A DNA stretch of 64,000 nt, taken from contig JAIVFI010000001.1 of assembly GCA_025558095.1 (NCBI GenBank), positions 496,001 to 560,000 of the forward strand. Reading direction: 5' to 3'. The DNA is from Hyaloraphidium curvatum SAG 235-1. Its lineage: Eukaryota > Fungi > Monoblepharomycota. Below, in pieces: positions 45,593-56,670 of this stretch; the first letter of the stretch is position 1, and every line of letters begins with the position of its first letter. A program made the position numbers and the translations under genes. The notes under the pieces are model-generated. The model did no database searches. It was not told where the DNA came from and saw only the letters and a list, made by a program, of their open reading frames with translations.

Positions 45593-45883
45593 ATGATCCT
45601 CCGAAGCACAGGTGCGCACCGCCGGGGCCCGCACGCCGCCGCCGCTCACCCCCCGCCCGCCCGCCAAGCCCCCCTGCTGCTCGCCGCGCTGCTCCTCCTC
45701 GCCCTGCTCCCCCCCGCCCTCCCGGCACCGTTCCCGCGGCTCCCCACCGACGAGCCCTCGTGGGCGCAGCTGCTCCCCTCCGCTGACGGCGGCTGGGCCG
45801 CCGGCCTCCCCGCGCAGCACCCGCCCCCCGCGGACACGGACGCCGACGACGGCGGCCCCGAGGTGTGGCCGCCGGACGAGTAG
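45593..45883 (+). CDS. Small secreted Pro/Asp/Trp-rich peptide B
   Basis: Signal peptide LLLAALLLLALLPPALPA-PFP; motifs SWA, GW, WPPDE. Probable 57-nt in-frame intron at 45612-45668. Confidence 0.6.
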   Translation: MILRSTGAHRRGPHAAAAHPPPARQAPLLLAALLLLALLPPALPAPFPRLPTDEPSWAQLLPSADGGWAAGLPAQHPPPADTDADDGGPEVWPPDE

Positions 45884-46836
45884 CCCCCCGCCGCCGCCTC
45901 CCCCCACCCTCCTCCGCACGACCCGCGCGGCCCGCGCCCCGGCCGACGCCGCCGCACGCGCGGGAGGCACCCCCTCCACTGCTCTGGGCGGCCCCCGCAC
46001 GCCCGCCCCCACCTACGACGCACCCCCGCGCACAATATCGCACGAAACCCCATCTACTGTAAATAAACGATGGTTACACCCGTTCTACATCCGATTCGGT
46101 CGCGCCGATCCGGCTTCCGTCCGGATGCGGAGCCGCAGGGTCCGCCCGGCCGGCCGCCGCAGGGCCCCGCAGGCCGGTTTCCGCCCCGCGAGAACCCATC
46201 GCCGGCCGGCCGGCCGGTCCCCGCCGATCCGCATCCGCCTTCCGCTCCGACGGCGTCCCCGGCATCGATGCCCGCACGATGGGGCGCTGCTGTGGCAACC
46301 TTCCTCAACCCCCGGGCGGTGCCGACAAAGGGTCCGCAGATCCCCTATCCCCATCCCCATGTCCTTTGGCGGTGCCGGCCGGCTTGGCGGTGTCGTCCGC
46401 GCCCTTTGGCGGTGCCGTCGATGGTGAGGGGGAGGGGCGGACGGGAGCGGCGCGTGCTGGGTTGGGTTGGGTCCGGGTTCGGGCGCTGCGGAGCGGCAGC
46501 ACAGCGTGCCGGCCGGGGTGGGACGCGGCCGCCGGCGGCTTCCCCCTCTTTGCGATGCATCCGTCCGCTGCGCGGCCCGTCCCGCCCGCGAACCCCCCCA
46601 AAGTGTGCTCGCGGCGGGGCGAACGGCGTCCCCGGGCGGGAGGTCTGCCGAGAAGGGCGACCGCGGGCTTCCGGAGAGTTCCGGGCCGTCCGCGGCCGGG
46701 CGAAGAAAATAGACCGCTGGTTGTATCAAGGGGCCCAATGCCGTCGCTATATCCACGATGTTGCCACCGGAATCCCGCACGCCGAACTGGCGCCATTCAT
46801 CCCTCAGCGAAGCGACGCTACGGCGGCGACGCTCCC

Positions 46837-47560
46837 TCATTGCTCCTCCGAACGTCTCCCGCCCGTGATCCTCCTCCACATTTCCCCATTCTCGTCACCG
46901 TTCACGAAAGCGGGTTCGGAAACGACCGCGTTCTCGTGGTTCTGCAGCAGATTATCCAAAGCACGCTGGTGCCTTCGGAGGTGGGAGTGAAGTCCCGGAG
47001 CACGAGTTGCCTTGCCGGCGGGAGCGCGTCCCCAAGGTCGAGCAGCCAGGGCTTCCGCCCGCTCACAAGCTCCAGCACGTCCTCTGGGTCGGCGAAGCCC
47101 ACGCCATCGAAGGAGATTCGCAGCCTGCGAGGAGTGAAGCCGGGGTTTCCGAACAGATCTTCGGCGTGCTCCAGATCGGCAACGTGCAACGATATCATAT
47201 CGATCACGGAGACTACGTGGGCGAGCGGTTTGAGGTGCATGAAGAAGCTGTCGATACCGTCGCCATCGAAGTCGAACTCCAGGGTTTCCAGGTTCGCAGC
47301 CCCGAGCGCGTTCGCGAATGCATGTTCGGTTGTCCGGCGGCGCCTCCGACCACAAGAGGTGCTTCAGTGATGGCGGTAGGAGAACCTGGAGAAGAGGTTG
47401 GCCAAATGCCGGGGCGCGCACGTGCACGTGGAGCTTCTCGAGCTTCGGGATGGCCGCAATGAGCCCGAAAACGGCCCCTTCGTCTTCCCAGTTGGACGGC
47501 ATCGCGAAGCGCAGCTCCCGCAGGTTCCCAAAGGGCGCAACAAATGCTGCTCGTAAGTCC
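46837..47560 (-). pseudogene. F-box-like/LRR-like family member, 5'-truncated and frameshifted
   Basis: WEDEGAVFGLIAAIPKLEKL..LPPSLKHLLWS..AEDLFGNPGFTPRRLRISF..GEMWRRITGGRRSEEQ, spread across several frames. Confidence 0.75.
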
Positions 47561-47662
47561 TATTTCATGCAGGCGCCAGCCATGGACGTGCAGCCTTTCG
47601 CCTGCACGTCATTGCGCCCATTTGATTTGCTCAGCTCCTTGCCCCGCCCGTCCTGACGTCCC

Positions 47663-48154
47663 TCACTGTCCGGCCTCCCCCTTCTCCATCAGCGCGCCCC
47701 ACCTCTCAAAGCTTTCGGCGCTCCACACCTCCCCCACGTCGTAGAACTCCGCCACGGCCCTCGCCCCCGCGGGCAGCACCACCCACGGCTGCTTCGTCGA
47801 CGTGTAGATGTGCACGTCGGGCCGCACGGCGTCGGGGTCCTCGAGCGTGCCCGCGCGCACGAAGGCGCAGAGCCTCCCGGCCTGCGGGTAGTGCGACCAC
47901 AGCGCGACGCGGCACGAGGGGCAGCGCGCGACGAGCTGCCCGCGGCCGCTGGCCGAGGGCGTGTCGACCTCCTCGGGCGCGCCCGCGAGGAGCTCCACGG
48001 CGTCGGTCTCGACGACGCAGTTTAGGGCGAAGGAGACGCCGGATTTGCGCTGGCAGTGGCAGCAGTGGACGATCAGGGGGGGGCGGGTGACTCGGTACCG
48101 CACCCGCCCGCAGGTGCAGCGGCCGGCGAGGGGGGGTTGGGAAGAGACGGGCAT
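47663..48154 (-). CDS. GFA/CENP-V (Mss4-like) family protein
   Basis: GRCTCGRVRY..HCCHCQRKSG..RCPSC..GTLEDP..PDVHIYTSTKQPWV; intronless. Confidence 0.9.
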   Translation of the reverse strand: MPVSSQPPLAGRCTCGRVRYRVTRPPLIVHCCHCQRKSGVSFALNCVVETDAVELLAGAPEEVDTPSASGRGQLVARCPSCRVALWSHYPQAGRLCAFVRAGTLEDPDAVRPDVHIYTSTKQPWVVLPAGARAVAEFYDVGEVWSAESFERWGALMEKGEAGQ

Positions 48155-48708
48155 GGTGGGGGGTTACACGTAGGCAACGGGTGCTCGAGAGCCCTTTGGT
48201 GTGGAGCGTGTGGCTCGGTTTTTGGAGGTGACTCGTCGCCGGGCTCCGTTTTAGAAAGCCCCTTGTCTCCCATCTCTCCCAGCTTTCCCCTCCATGGCCA
48301 TGAAGATGTGCAGGACCTGCTGCAGTTTCATCGCTCGTTCTCTATCGATCAGTCTGGGCACGTCTCCGGATTCATTCATTACGAAGACGCGTCGGCCCTT
48401 CGGCGGCGGGGTATCGGAGGAAGGGAAGGAGTATGAATTCACCGTGACGGATGTCTCCAAAAGAACAAAATCTCGGCTACGTATAGGTGCTCAAGAAGCA
48501 ATCAGGAAACCCGGGCCACCAAGGGGAAAGGAATAAGGCACAAAAGATCGCCAGGTGGTTCGCGGGCTGCTATGGACCGTTCGCAGCAGGGCGAAGGCCG
48601 CTGGTTGATATTGATGGAGGGCCAACACATTGCTACATGATACTGACGAACCGTCCCCGCACGACAATCCTAGCCGTCCGGCTCCCCACCACCATTGGTG
48701 GACTCCCA

Positions 48709-49873
48709 TCAGTCCGCCGAGGCCGCCGCTACAACGGCGAGAGACCTCCCTTCCTCGTATAGCGGCCCGCCCGTGATCCTCCTCCACATGTTCGTTTCGG
48801 CCTCTGCCCCTGCGGTGAACGAGGAACCGAGATTGGGCACGACACCCGCCCATACTTGCTTGCCAGCACCTGCTCCACGCCTGGAAGCGACTCCGGATCC
48901 AAGGACGGGTAGAAGATCGAGAGCACGAGCCGCTTTGCAGGGGGGGGGCAGGGGCCCCAGCTCGACGAGGCAGGCCGTCTCGCCCATGCGGAGCTCGAGC
49001 ACCTCCAGCCCGCGCAGGCGGCCGAGGGACGGTGGGACGGGCTCCTCGTAGCGAAACGTCAGGCTTATCAACAGCCTGCGGGGGGCGAAGGCGGGGTTCT
49101 CGAACAGCGCTTGGGCTCCAAAGAGCTCCAAGACGGCCAGCGAGAGCGAATCGATGGCCGAGACAACATGCTGCATCTGGGCCAGGCGCACATACAGACC
49201 GTCGGGCGCGCCATCCTGGGTGAGGTCCAGTGCCAGCGACTCCAGCTCGGCGGCCCCGAGCGCGGCCAGGAGCCGGGGTACGTCTGCGGGAAACCCGCCG
49301 GCCCACGAAAGGTGCTTCAGCGACGGCGGCAAAGCTTCGGCGAGGAAATCCCGATCAAAGTTCCACTCCCCGCCGACGTCCAGCTTCAGTCTCTCGAGCC
49401 CGGTGAGGCCGGCGATGAGCCGCCCGACGGTCCCGTCCTCGTTGGCCCGGTACAGGTTGAGAGCCACCTCACGCAGGTCCTTGAAGAGCCGCAAGCATTC
49501 CACGATCAGCGCGGTGTCCGTCTCCTCGAAGTGCGGAGGACCGAGGTCCAGGATCCGCACCAGGTCGGCGTGCCGCCGGGCGGCGTCGAGAAAGGACTCG
49601 GCGTGCGCGTCCGCGTGCGTTATCCGCCCGTAGAGGACGGGGAGCGCGAGGTCGAAGGTCGCTTTGCTCGCGAGCGCGCACTCCAAAAGGGGAACTCAAA
49701 CTTCGCCTGCGCCTGCGGCCGGTCGCTTTGCAGTCCACCGAGGCCAGTTCGCCGAAGATGAGAGACAGCTCAGGGGGAAAGTTGGGACCGCCGTCCGGCG
49801 GCGCGTCGTCCGCGTCCTGTGCGCGGGCTGGGGCGTCCGCCGGCAGGGAAAGCGCGTTTCCGAGCGTCTCCAT
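48709..49873 (-). pseudogene. F-box-like/LRR-like family member with disrupted N-terminus
   Basis: PNFPPEL..CKAT / ECALASKATFDLALPVLYGRIT...AETNMWRRITGGPLYEE. Confidence 0.75.
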
Positions 49874-50082
49874 CGCGGTGGCTGCGAGTTCGACGGGTGA
49901 CGGCGAGGTTTCGGTGGGCGTCTCGACATCCAGTGAACGCAGTAGAAGCGGGTTCGCGGAGCGGCCAACGCGATCCCATGGAACCATGCCAGCTACCCAC
50001 GATACATGCATGAATGAAAACCCCTGCTGCTTTTGAGATCAGTCCATCGCCTCGGCTGTGCCCGCCTCTGCCATCCCCGAGC

Positions 50083-50939
50083 TTACTCATCCTCAGAGTA
50101 TTCGCCGCCAGTGATCCTCCTCCACATCTCCTTCTCGGCTTCCGCCTCCCCGGCGGGACGACCGGGCGAGGAACGGCGCTGATCGTAGACGGCAACGCTG
50201 CCGTAGTCCCGCCGCAGCATCGCCTCAACGGCCGCGAGCGATCCCGTCTCCAGCGACGGGGAGAACTCCAAGAGCTCGAGCTGCCCTGCCAGGGGGAACT
50301 CCAGAGCTCCCGCTGTGGCCTTGGTTTGTTCCACAGCCCTTCGACCCGGATACTGGATCCTTGCGGCCGCTGTTCGATGATTGAGGCCAGCATGGGCAAG
50401 TAGTAGGATTCACCATGGATACCTTCCAAGCCATCGCGAAGGACCGATTTCCGCAGGATCACCAGCTCCGAGTGGCAGTTCAGAAGGATGGGGAGAACAT
50501 CGTCGAAGAGGGTGTGTGGGGACATCTGGGGCTCGTGGAAGCAAACAATCGGCAGCACTACCAGCGCCCTGAGCAACGGCTCTGCTCCGTGTCCGGTAAG
50601 GAAGGTCATGACATCCGCCCTCTCGACGTTGGCGAATCACGGCGACCTGTCCTCCAGAGCCCGCGCCAGTTTCTGAAAAATGTAGCGCTCGTGCAGAAAG
50701 AGGTGTTTGATCGGGGACCGCGACCACGGAACGGTCATTTGGAGCAGCTGCTGGATGTAGCCCTCGTTCGTCCTCGTGGCGTGGAGCTCGCGTAGAAGCA
50801 GCGGCCGCGCCAGAGCGACGCACTCGCGGGACGCCAGGGCGAAGTGGAGGAGCGTGCATCGGTGCTTTCGGTCCGCCAGAACTTCCATGGCCGCGAGCAT
50901 CAGCTCGGGCAGAAGGGCGGGGGCTTCGGGTGCGGCCAT
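50083..50939 (-). pseudogene. F-box-like family member with an in-frame TGA (50637) and a later frameshift
   Basis: PALLPELMLAAMEVL..RCTLLHFALASR; ends EKEMWRRITGGEYSEDE*. Confidence 0.7.
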
Positions 50940-51166
50940 TTTGGCTTTCGGCAATGAGCCAGAGCCGCCTCCCTCCGAAGCTTCAAAGGACGGGAAGCAC
51001 CGAAGAACGGGGCAGTTCGTCTCGATCTTCTTGTTATCGCACTTCTCCAGCAACTTCGTCGGATATTCCATTCGTTTCGTATGACATGGACGCCAACGGA
51101 TTGTAGAGTTCGAACGAAGACATAGGAAGGCCTACACAATAGAAAACCTTCCAAAGCGAACACACG

Positions 51167-54100
51167 TTACGCCGCCGATAGTCGAGCCAGCTCCCTGGCA
51201 ACGTCGGCCATGGCCGGCCTGCGCGCCGGCTCCTCCTCCCAGCACGATCCGACGAGCGCCCAGACGCCGTCGGGCACCCCGCCAGGGCGGGGCGGCCTCT
51301 TCCCGCCGAAGATGGCCTTCATGACCTGGCAACAACGTGTTCCCTCAGTCAGACGGCGGGCAAACATGGAACAGTCGGTGAATACGCACCGCAGCGGGTG
51401 AGGTCAGGTCATCGTACGGGTCCCGCCCGCCAGAGAGGACCTGATAACACATCATCCCGAACGTCCACACGTCCGCCTACCTGCCCATGGGCTCGTGATC
51501 GAAGAACTCTGGGGGCGCGAAGCGGATCGTTGCGCCCTGCAGGCCCTTGTACACGTAGCCACCGTTGCCTTTGCTGTCCTCTATCCGGGTGCGGATCTTG
51601 GAGATGCCAAAGTCGGCGATCTTGGCCACGGGGTTGCCCGAGCCGTCCACGGCGACGAGCACGTTGTCGGCCTTGAGGTCCGAGTACACGACCCCGCGGG
51701 AATGCAGGACGGCCATCCCCGCCGCGGCGTGGGCGAGCATGCGAATCGAGAGGGGCTTGGGCCAGCCTCGGGCGGCCAGGAAGGACTTGAGGCTGCCTCC
51801 ATTGCATAGCTCTGTGACCAAGAAGGTGGGGCCGGTGCGGTACGCAAGCAGAGGCACAACTGGATGCGGGTCAGTCGAGAGCAAGTCTCGCATGGTTGCG
51901 TGGACCCACGATTGTCGTGCCTGGGCACATCAATCCACATCTTGAGCTCGGCTTCGAACATGACCTTGGCGTCCGCCTCCTCGAGCGACGCATGCAGCAG
52001 CTTGACCGCGACCTCGGCCCCGCGGAACCGCCCGCGGAACACCTCCCCGAACCCGCCCGCGCCCAGCGGCCGGTCCCTGAAGATCTGCACGTCGGCTTCC
52101 TCCGCCCACACGGCCTTGGTCACCGCGGGCTGCGCCGCGGCGCGCTTCAGCGCCATCGCGACGGATGCCATCGTGGGGCGGGCGCCGGGGTCCTCGGCCC
52201 AGCACGAGGTCACGACGTCCCACACGGCGTTCGGGACACCTTCCGGCCGCGGCGGGCGCTCGCCCTTGAAGATCGCCCTCATGACCTGCGGCAGCAACGG
52301 TGCGTCACGGCGGCGCACAGGGGGCTCTTCGGGAAAAGGACACTCACGGCGGATGCCGAGCTGAGCTTGTCGTACGGATCCTTGCCTTGCGACAGGGCCT
52401 GGTAGCACATCATCCCGAACGTCCACACGTCCGACGCCCTGCGCGGCGGCTCGTCCTCGAAGAACTCCGGCGGCGCGTACCGCATCGTGGCCCCGCCCAC
52501 GCCGTGGTACACGTACCCCGGCCCGCGGCTGTCGCCGACCCGCGTGCGCACCTTGGCCAGGCCGAAATCGGCGATCTTGGCCACGGGCATGCGGCCGCCG
52601 TCGTCGACCAGGACGTTGTCGGCCTTGAGATCTGAGTGGATGACTCCCTTGGAGTGGAGGAAGGTGACGCCGACGGCGGCCTCGGCGAGGAGGTGGATCG
52701 TCAGGGAGGGGTCCCAGTTCTTGCGGGCAAGGAACCTCTTCATGCTGCCCGCCGGGTACAGCTTGGTGATGAGGAGCGTCGGGCCGGTGCGGTATCCGAG
52801 GAGCGGGACGACGTTCTCGTGCGCAGGCAGATCAGCCCACGCCTTGACTTCCGCGTCCAGCATCGCGTTCGCCTCGTCCGTGCTGTACGTGTCCAGGGCC
52901 ACCTTGACGGCGACGTCCGTGAGGCCGAGGTACCTGCCGCGGTAGACGGCACCGAAAGCGCCCCTGCCGAGCAGCTCGGACCGCTCGTACGCAATGTCGG
53001 CCTCGTCCACCCAGTACGACGTCTTGGAGCGCGCCGGAGCGGGCTTGGCATCGCCGCCCCCGACGACCACCGTCGCGTCGGAGGCGGAGGATTGCCCCCT
53101 CGAGAGCGGCCTCGGCGGCGGCGCGGGCGCGGCGAGCTTGCCCCTCTGGGCGGCATCGAACTCCTCGAAGATCTTCTCGGCGGCCTGCCACGCATCGTAG
53201 CGCTTGGGCGGCCGCGCGGCCTCGATCGCGCGCACGATGCCGTGGTGCTTCTCCTTGCGGGCGACGTCGAGCCCCGTCTGGCCCTGCGCGAGCGCAGCCG
53301 CGTCCGTGCGCTTGTCAGCAAGGAGCAGCTTGACGACTTCGAGGTGGCCCTGGTGGCATGCAGCGTGGAACGCCGTGAGCCCGTCGCCGAAGGAGGCGTT
53401 CACGTCCAGCTTGGCGTTTCCGAGCATGAGCGCGACCGCCGCGGCGCGTCCCTCGAGGCAGAGCATGTGGAAGCCGGTCAAGTTCTTGGTGTTCCTTGCG
53501 TTGATGTCCACCCGCGGATCCGCGACGAGGAGTCGGATGACCGCCTCGTGCCCTTTGCGGCACGCAAAGTGGATCCCCGTCCAGCCGTCCTCGTCCTTGG
53601 CGTTCACGTCCAGCCCGTCCCGCTTTAGCAGGAACTTGACCACGTCGGCGTCGCCCTCGCCGCATGCGTGGCGGAAGACCCCGGCAGCGAGCTCGTCCGA
53701 GAGGACAGGCGGCCCAGGAGCGGACTCCGGGTAGTCCATCTCCCCTCCCCCGACGCCCATGAGCGCCCGCACCCAGGCATCGCGCATGTCCATCCAGCCT
53801 TCCACCTGGCTGGAGCTGCGGATGTGCTGCTCGACCGCGAGCAGGCACGTGGCCGCATGTGCGACGGTGCAGGTCGGCCCTTTCATCTCCTTGGCCCAGT
53901 GCTCGCGGCGGCCGCCGAGCCAGGACGACCTCTGGGCTTCGGCTTTGATCGCTCGCTCGTACTTGTAGAGCAGGTTGTAGAAGCTCGCCAGGTCCGTAAC
54001 ATCCTCGGGCCTGGCCAGGGGCACGTGCTCCGTCACGTACTCGGGCCGGAGGCTGCCGTGCAATCCACGCAGAGACGTCCACAGGACAGCCGGGTCGCCC

Positions 54101-55020
54101 TGCTTTGGTTCGGGGTCCGCGCACAGGACCAGGTCGTAGCTGCCTTCGGCGCCCCAGCGGTAGGTGTTGCTGGATCCGTTGTCCCATCGCACGGTGAGAA
54201 CGCCGCCCGCCTTGTCGGCATCCTTCACTTTCCCGGCGCCCCCGCCGTCCTGTGATCCCCACTTCCAATCGGGGCCTCGGCGCACGCGCATGCCGACCAT
54301 CTGCTCGCAAGTTGGACGGAGCGCCCTTACCACAAGATCCCAGCAGCCCTCCGCCCCCCAGCGATAGTTGTTGGTCTTCCCGACGTCCCATCGGACGGTG
54401 ACCCATCCCTTTTCCTTTTCCAGCACGCCGATTACGGCGCCCTCGCGGCCGGCACCCCCGTCCTGCTCGCCCCACTTCCAGTCCTTGCCGCGGCGCACGC
54501 GGACGCCCACCATGCCCTCCCACCGCATGCCCCTGGGCCCGTGGCTGCGCACGACCTCGAGGTCGCAGCGGCCGCCAGCGTCCCAGCGGTAGACATTGCT
54601 CCGGCCCGCGTCCCAGCGCACGTGCACCCAACCTTCATACCCCGCATCGTAGTCCAGGGCGACCACCGTGCCTTCGCGGCCGGTGCCGCCGTCCTGGTCG
54701 TCCCACTTCCAATCCCTGCCGCGGCGCACGCGCGTGCCCACGGCGTGCTCCCAGGGCGTGCCGCTGGCGGCCCCGGGCGGCGCTTCTTCGAGGTCGAACG
54801 CGCCATCGGCGCCCCACCGGTGCAGGAAGGCGCCGCCGGCGTCCCACTCGACGCGCAGCCAGCCGTCCAGGGGCGCGTGCGCCGCGGCGACGGTGCCCAG
54901 GCGGCCCGCGCCGCCGTCCTGCTCGCCCCACCGCCAGTCGCGCCCGCGCCGCACGCGCCGCCCGATCATCGCGGCGATCGGCGGGCGCGGGGCGTCCCGC
55001 GCGGGCATCGCAGGCGGCAT
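51167..55020 (-). CDS. 4x MIB/HERC2 + helical Trp-repeat + ankyrin repeats + tandem TKL kinase domains
   Basis: Four G-x-RVRRG-x-DW-x-WGxQDGG...YRWG repeats; ankyrin motifs TGIHFAC, TGFHMLC, TAFHAAC; two kinases (HSDLKADN/DFG/APPE and YSDLKADN/DFG/APPE). Introns near 52285-52345, 51860-51910 and 51325-51390. In-frame TAG at 51477. Confidence 0.9.
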
Positions 55021-55476
55021 CGCGGTGCGCCGGCTGCCGGTGGGGGACCGCTGCGGTTGGACTGACTGACTGACTTTCGACGGCTGATGGGTGTTGGGGG
55101 ACGGACCCGGCCACGGGGGACTAACCGTTCCTGGCAGGCGAGACCTCCAGCATTCTCTTGGATTCGATTCGAAAGGACACTGATCAACTGGCAATGCGAT
55201 TCCTGAGACAGATGACGTCGTCGTGTTTGCCGTCCGGCTCCGTTCGGGGGGGCGGGGCGGAGTTTCGGAGCGGTTTCCCCCGAATGCCACTCCTGGCAGA
55301 GCTTCACTTCCCCGATTCCATGACAACCAATTCCCATCAACTGGCCAGCATCCGATTGGCCCGATGTCAACGTCTGGCCGGTGACCTTGGCGTGAGCGCG
55401 CTGCCCTCCCCCTGTGCGCGCGGACCCCCGCAGACACTGCCACAAACTCCGGATCCCGTGACCCCAACAGACGCCC

Positions 55477-55977
55477 ATGGCCCCCGCCGCCGAGCGGCGC
55501 GCCCCCGCCGGCGATCCACGACCCCCTCCCGCCGTCGGCCGCGGGGCGCCGACCCCGCCGCCGGCCCCGCCGGCCCCGCAGAAGGCCCCGCCGCGCGCGG
55601 ACCCCGCTGACGGCTCCGACTCGGACGGCACACTCGGCGCGGACGAACCCTCGCCCGCCGACTGCACGGCGCCGAAATTCACCCCGCGGCGGTGGGCCTC
55701 CCCGCCCAAGGCCCCCGCCTTCCGCACGCCGGTCCCCGACCGGATAGCGAAGCGCGACGCCGCCTCGGCCGCGCTGGTGGCCGCGCTGCTGCGCACGGGG
55801 GCCCGGGACGAGGACTGTGAGCTTGCAGAGGAAGACATCGAGGAGGTACCGCGCGTGCCGGCGGGGTGCGCTCGTTATTGGGAGTCCGGATTGTGCGACG
55901 ACGACCTGAGGGAGGGGGCAGAGCATTGGGAGGAGCGGTGCGCTGGCGACGCTTGGAGGACCGGGGCGTGCATTTGA
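55477..55977 (+). CDS. Hypothetical protein (166 aa)
   Basis: ATG-TGA ORF; Pro-rich N-terminus, acidic/Cys/Trp C-terminus. Confidence 0.45.
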   Translation: MAPAAERRAPAGDPRPPPAVGRGAPTPPPAPPAPQKAPPRADPADGSDSDGTLGADEPSPADCTAPKFTPRRWASPPKAPAFRTPVPDRIAKRDAASAALVAALLRTGARDEDCELAEEDIEEVPRVPAGCARYWESGLCDDDLREGAEHWEERCAGDAWRTGACI

Positions 55978-56213
55978 AGGGGTTGTGTCAGGTTGTTTGG
56001 GGTCCGGGGTGCGGGGATGGGCTTGCTTGAATGGAGCACGGCATGGTCGGCTGCGCGCAGAGGGAGTGTGTTTGTTTCTGGGCGCTTCTCTGCGTCCGCA
56101 ATGTTTGGAAGCGTTGGTTTTTGGTGAAGCCGGTCGAGTTCCGCGCGACGGTCGATGAACAGACTTGTAACATAAGCACCTGTCAAATGGACGAGCACGT
56201 GGACACACGCAGA

Positions 56214-56453
56214 TGACAGGCGCCGGGAAGCTCCATCACGCGGAACACTTTGCTTTTTACCTGCTTGTTGCATCGAGGAGGATCTTGTCGTCCGGCGCTT
56301 GTCAACGCGCTGTGGAACGCCCCTACGAAGGACCGAAGCTCTTGTCCGGGAACGCAGTTCCATGACAGGCGCCGGAAAACACTATCTCGCCTGACCTTCT
56401 CTTTCTTTGCTTCTTGATCCCTCGAGAACAATCGTTTCTTCCGGCGCCTGTCA
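56214..56453. repeat. Two tandem 91-bp units, each bounded by ~15-bp inverted repeats (TGACAGGCGCCGGAA)
   Basis: Motif at 56214-56228 (+), 56291-56304 (-), 56363-56377 (+), 56439-56453 (-); period 149 bp. Confidence 0.75.
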
Positions 56454-56670
56454 AACGGCTACTATGGCCCGAGTCAGCTCCTCCGGGCCATTCATCGCCC
56501 AAGGAGCTCGACAGCACCGGAGGTTGGAATCAGTTGTATAATCTTCATTGTTTTCCTCCAGTTAGGCGAGCGATTGACCGCAGATCGCCTCCCTTGCCCT
56601 TCGTGCTTCGGGCTGCTTGGCGGCGCCGATCCAGCGGGTCCCGGCTAAACCCAACTGTCCCCCGAAAGCA

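Noticed and set aside
55021-56208. N-terminal ~400 aa of the 1309-aa ORF
   Set aside because: Non-ATG start, low complexity, and antisense to the 55477-55977 ORF. The domain content begins at ATG 55020.
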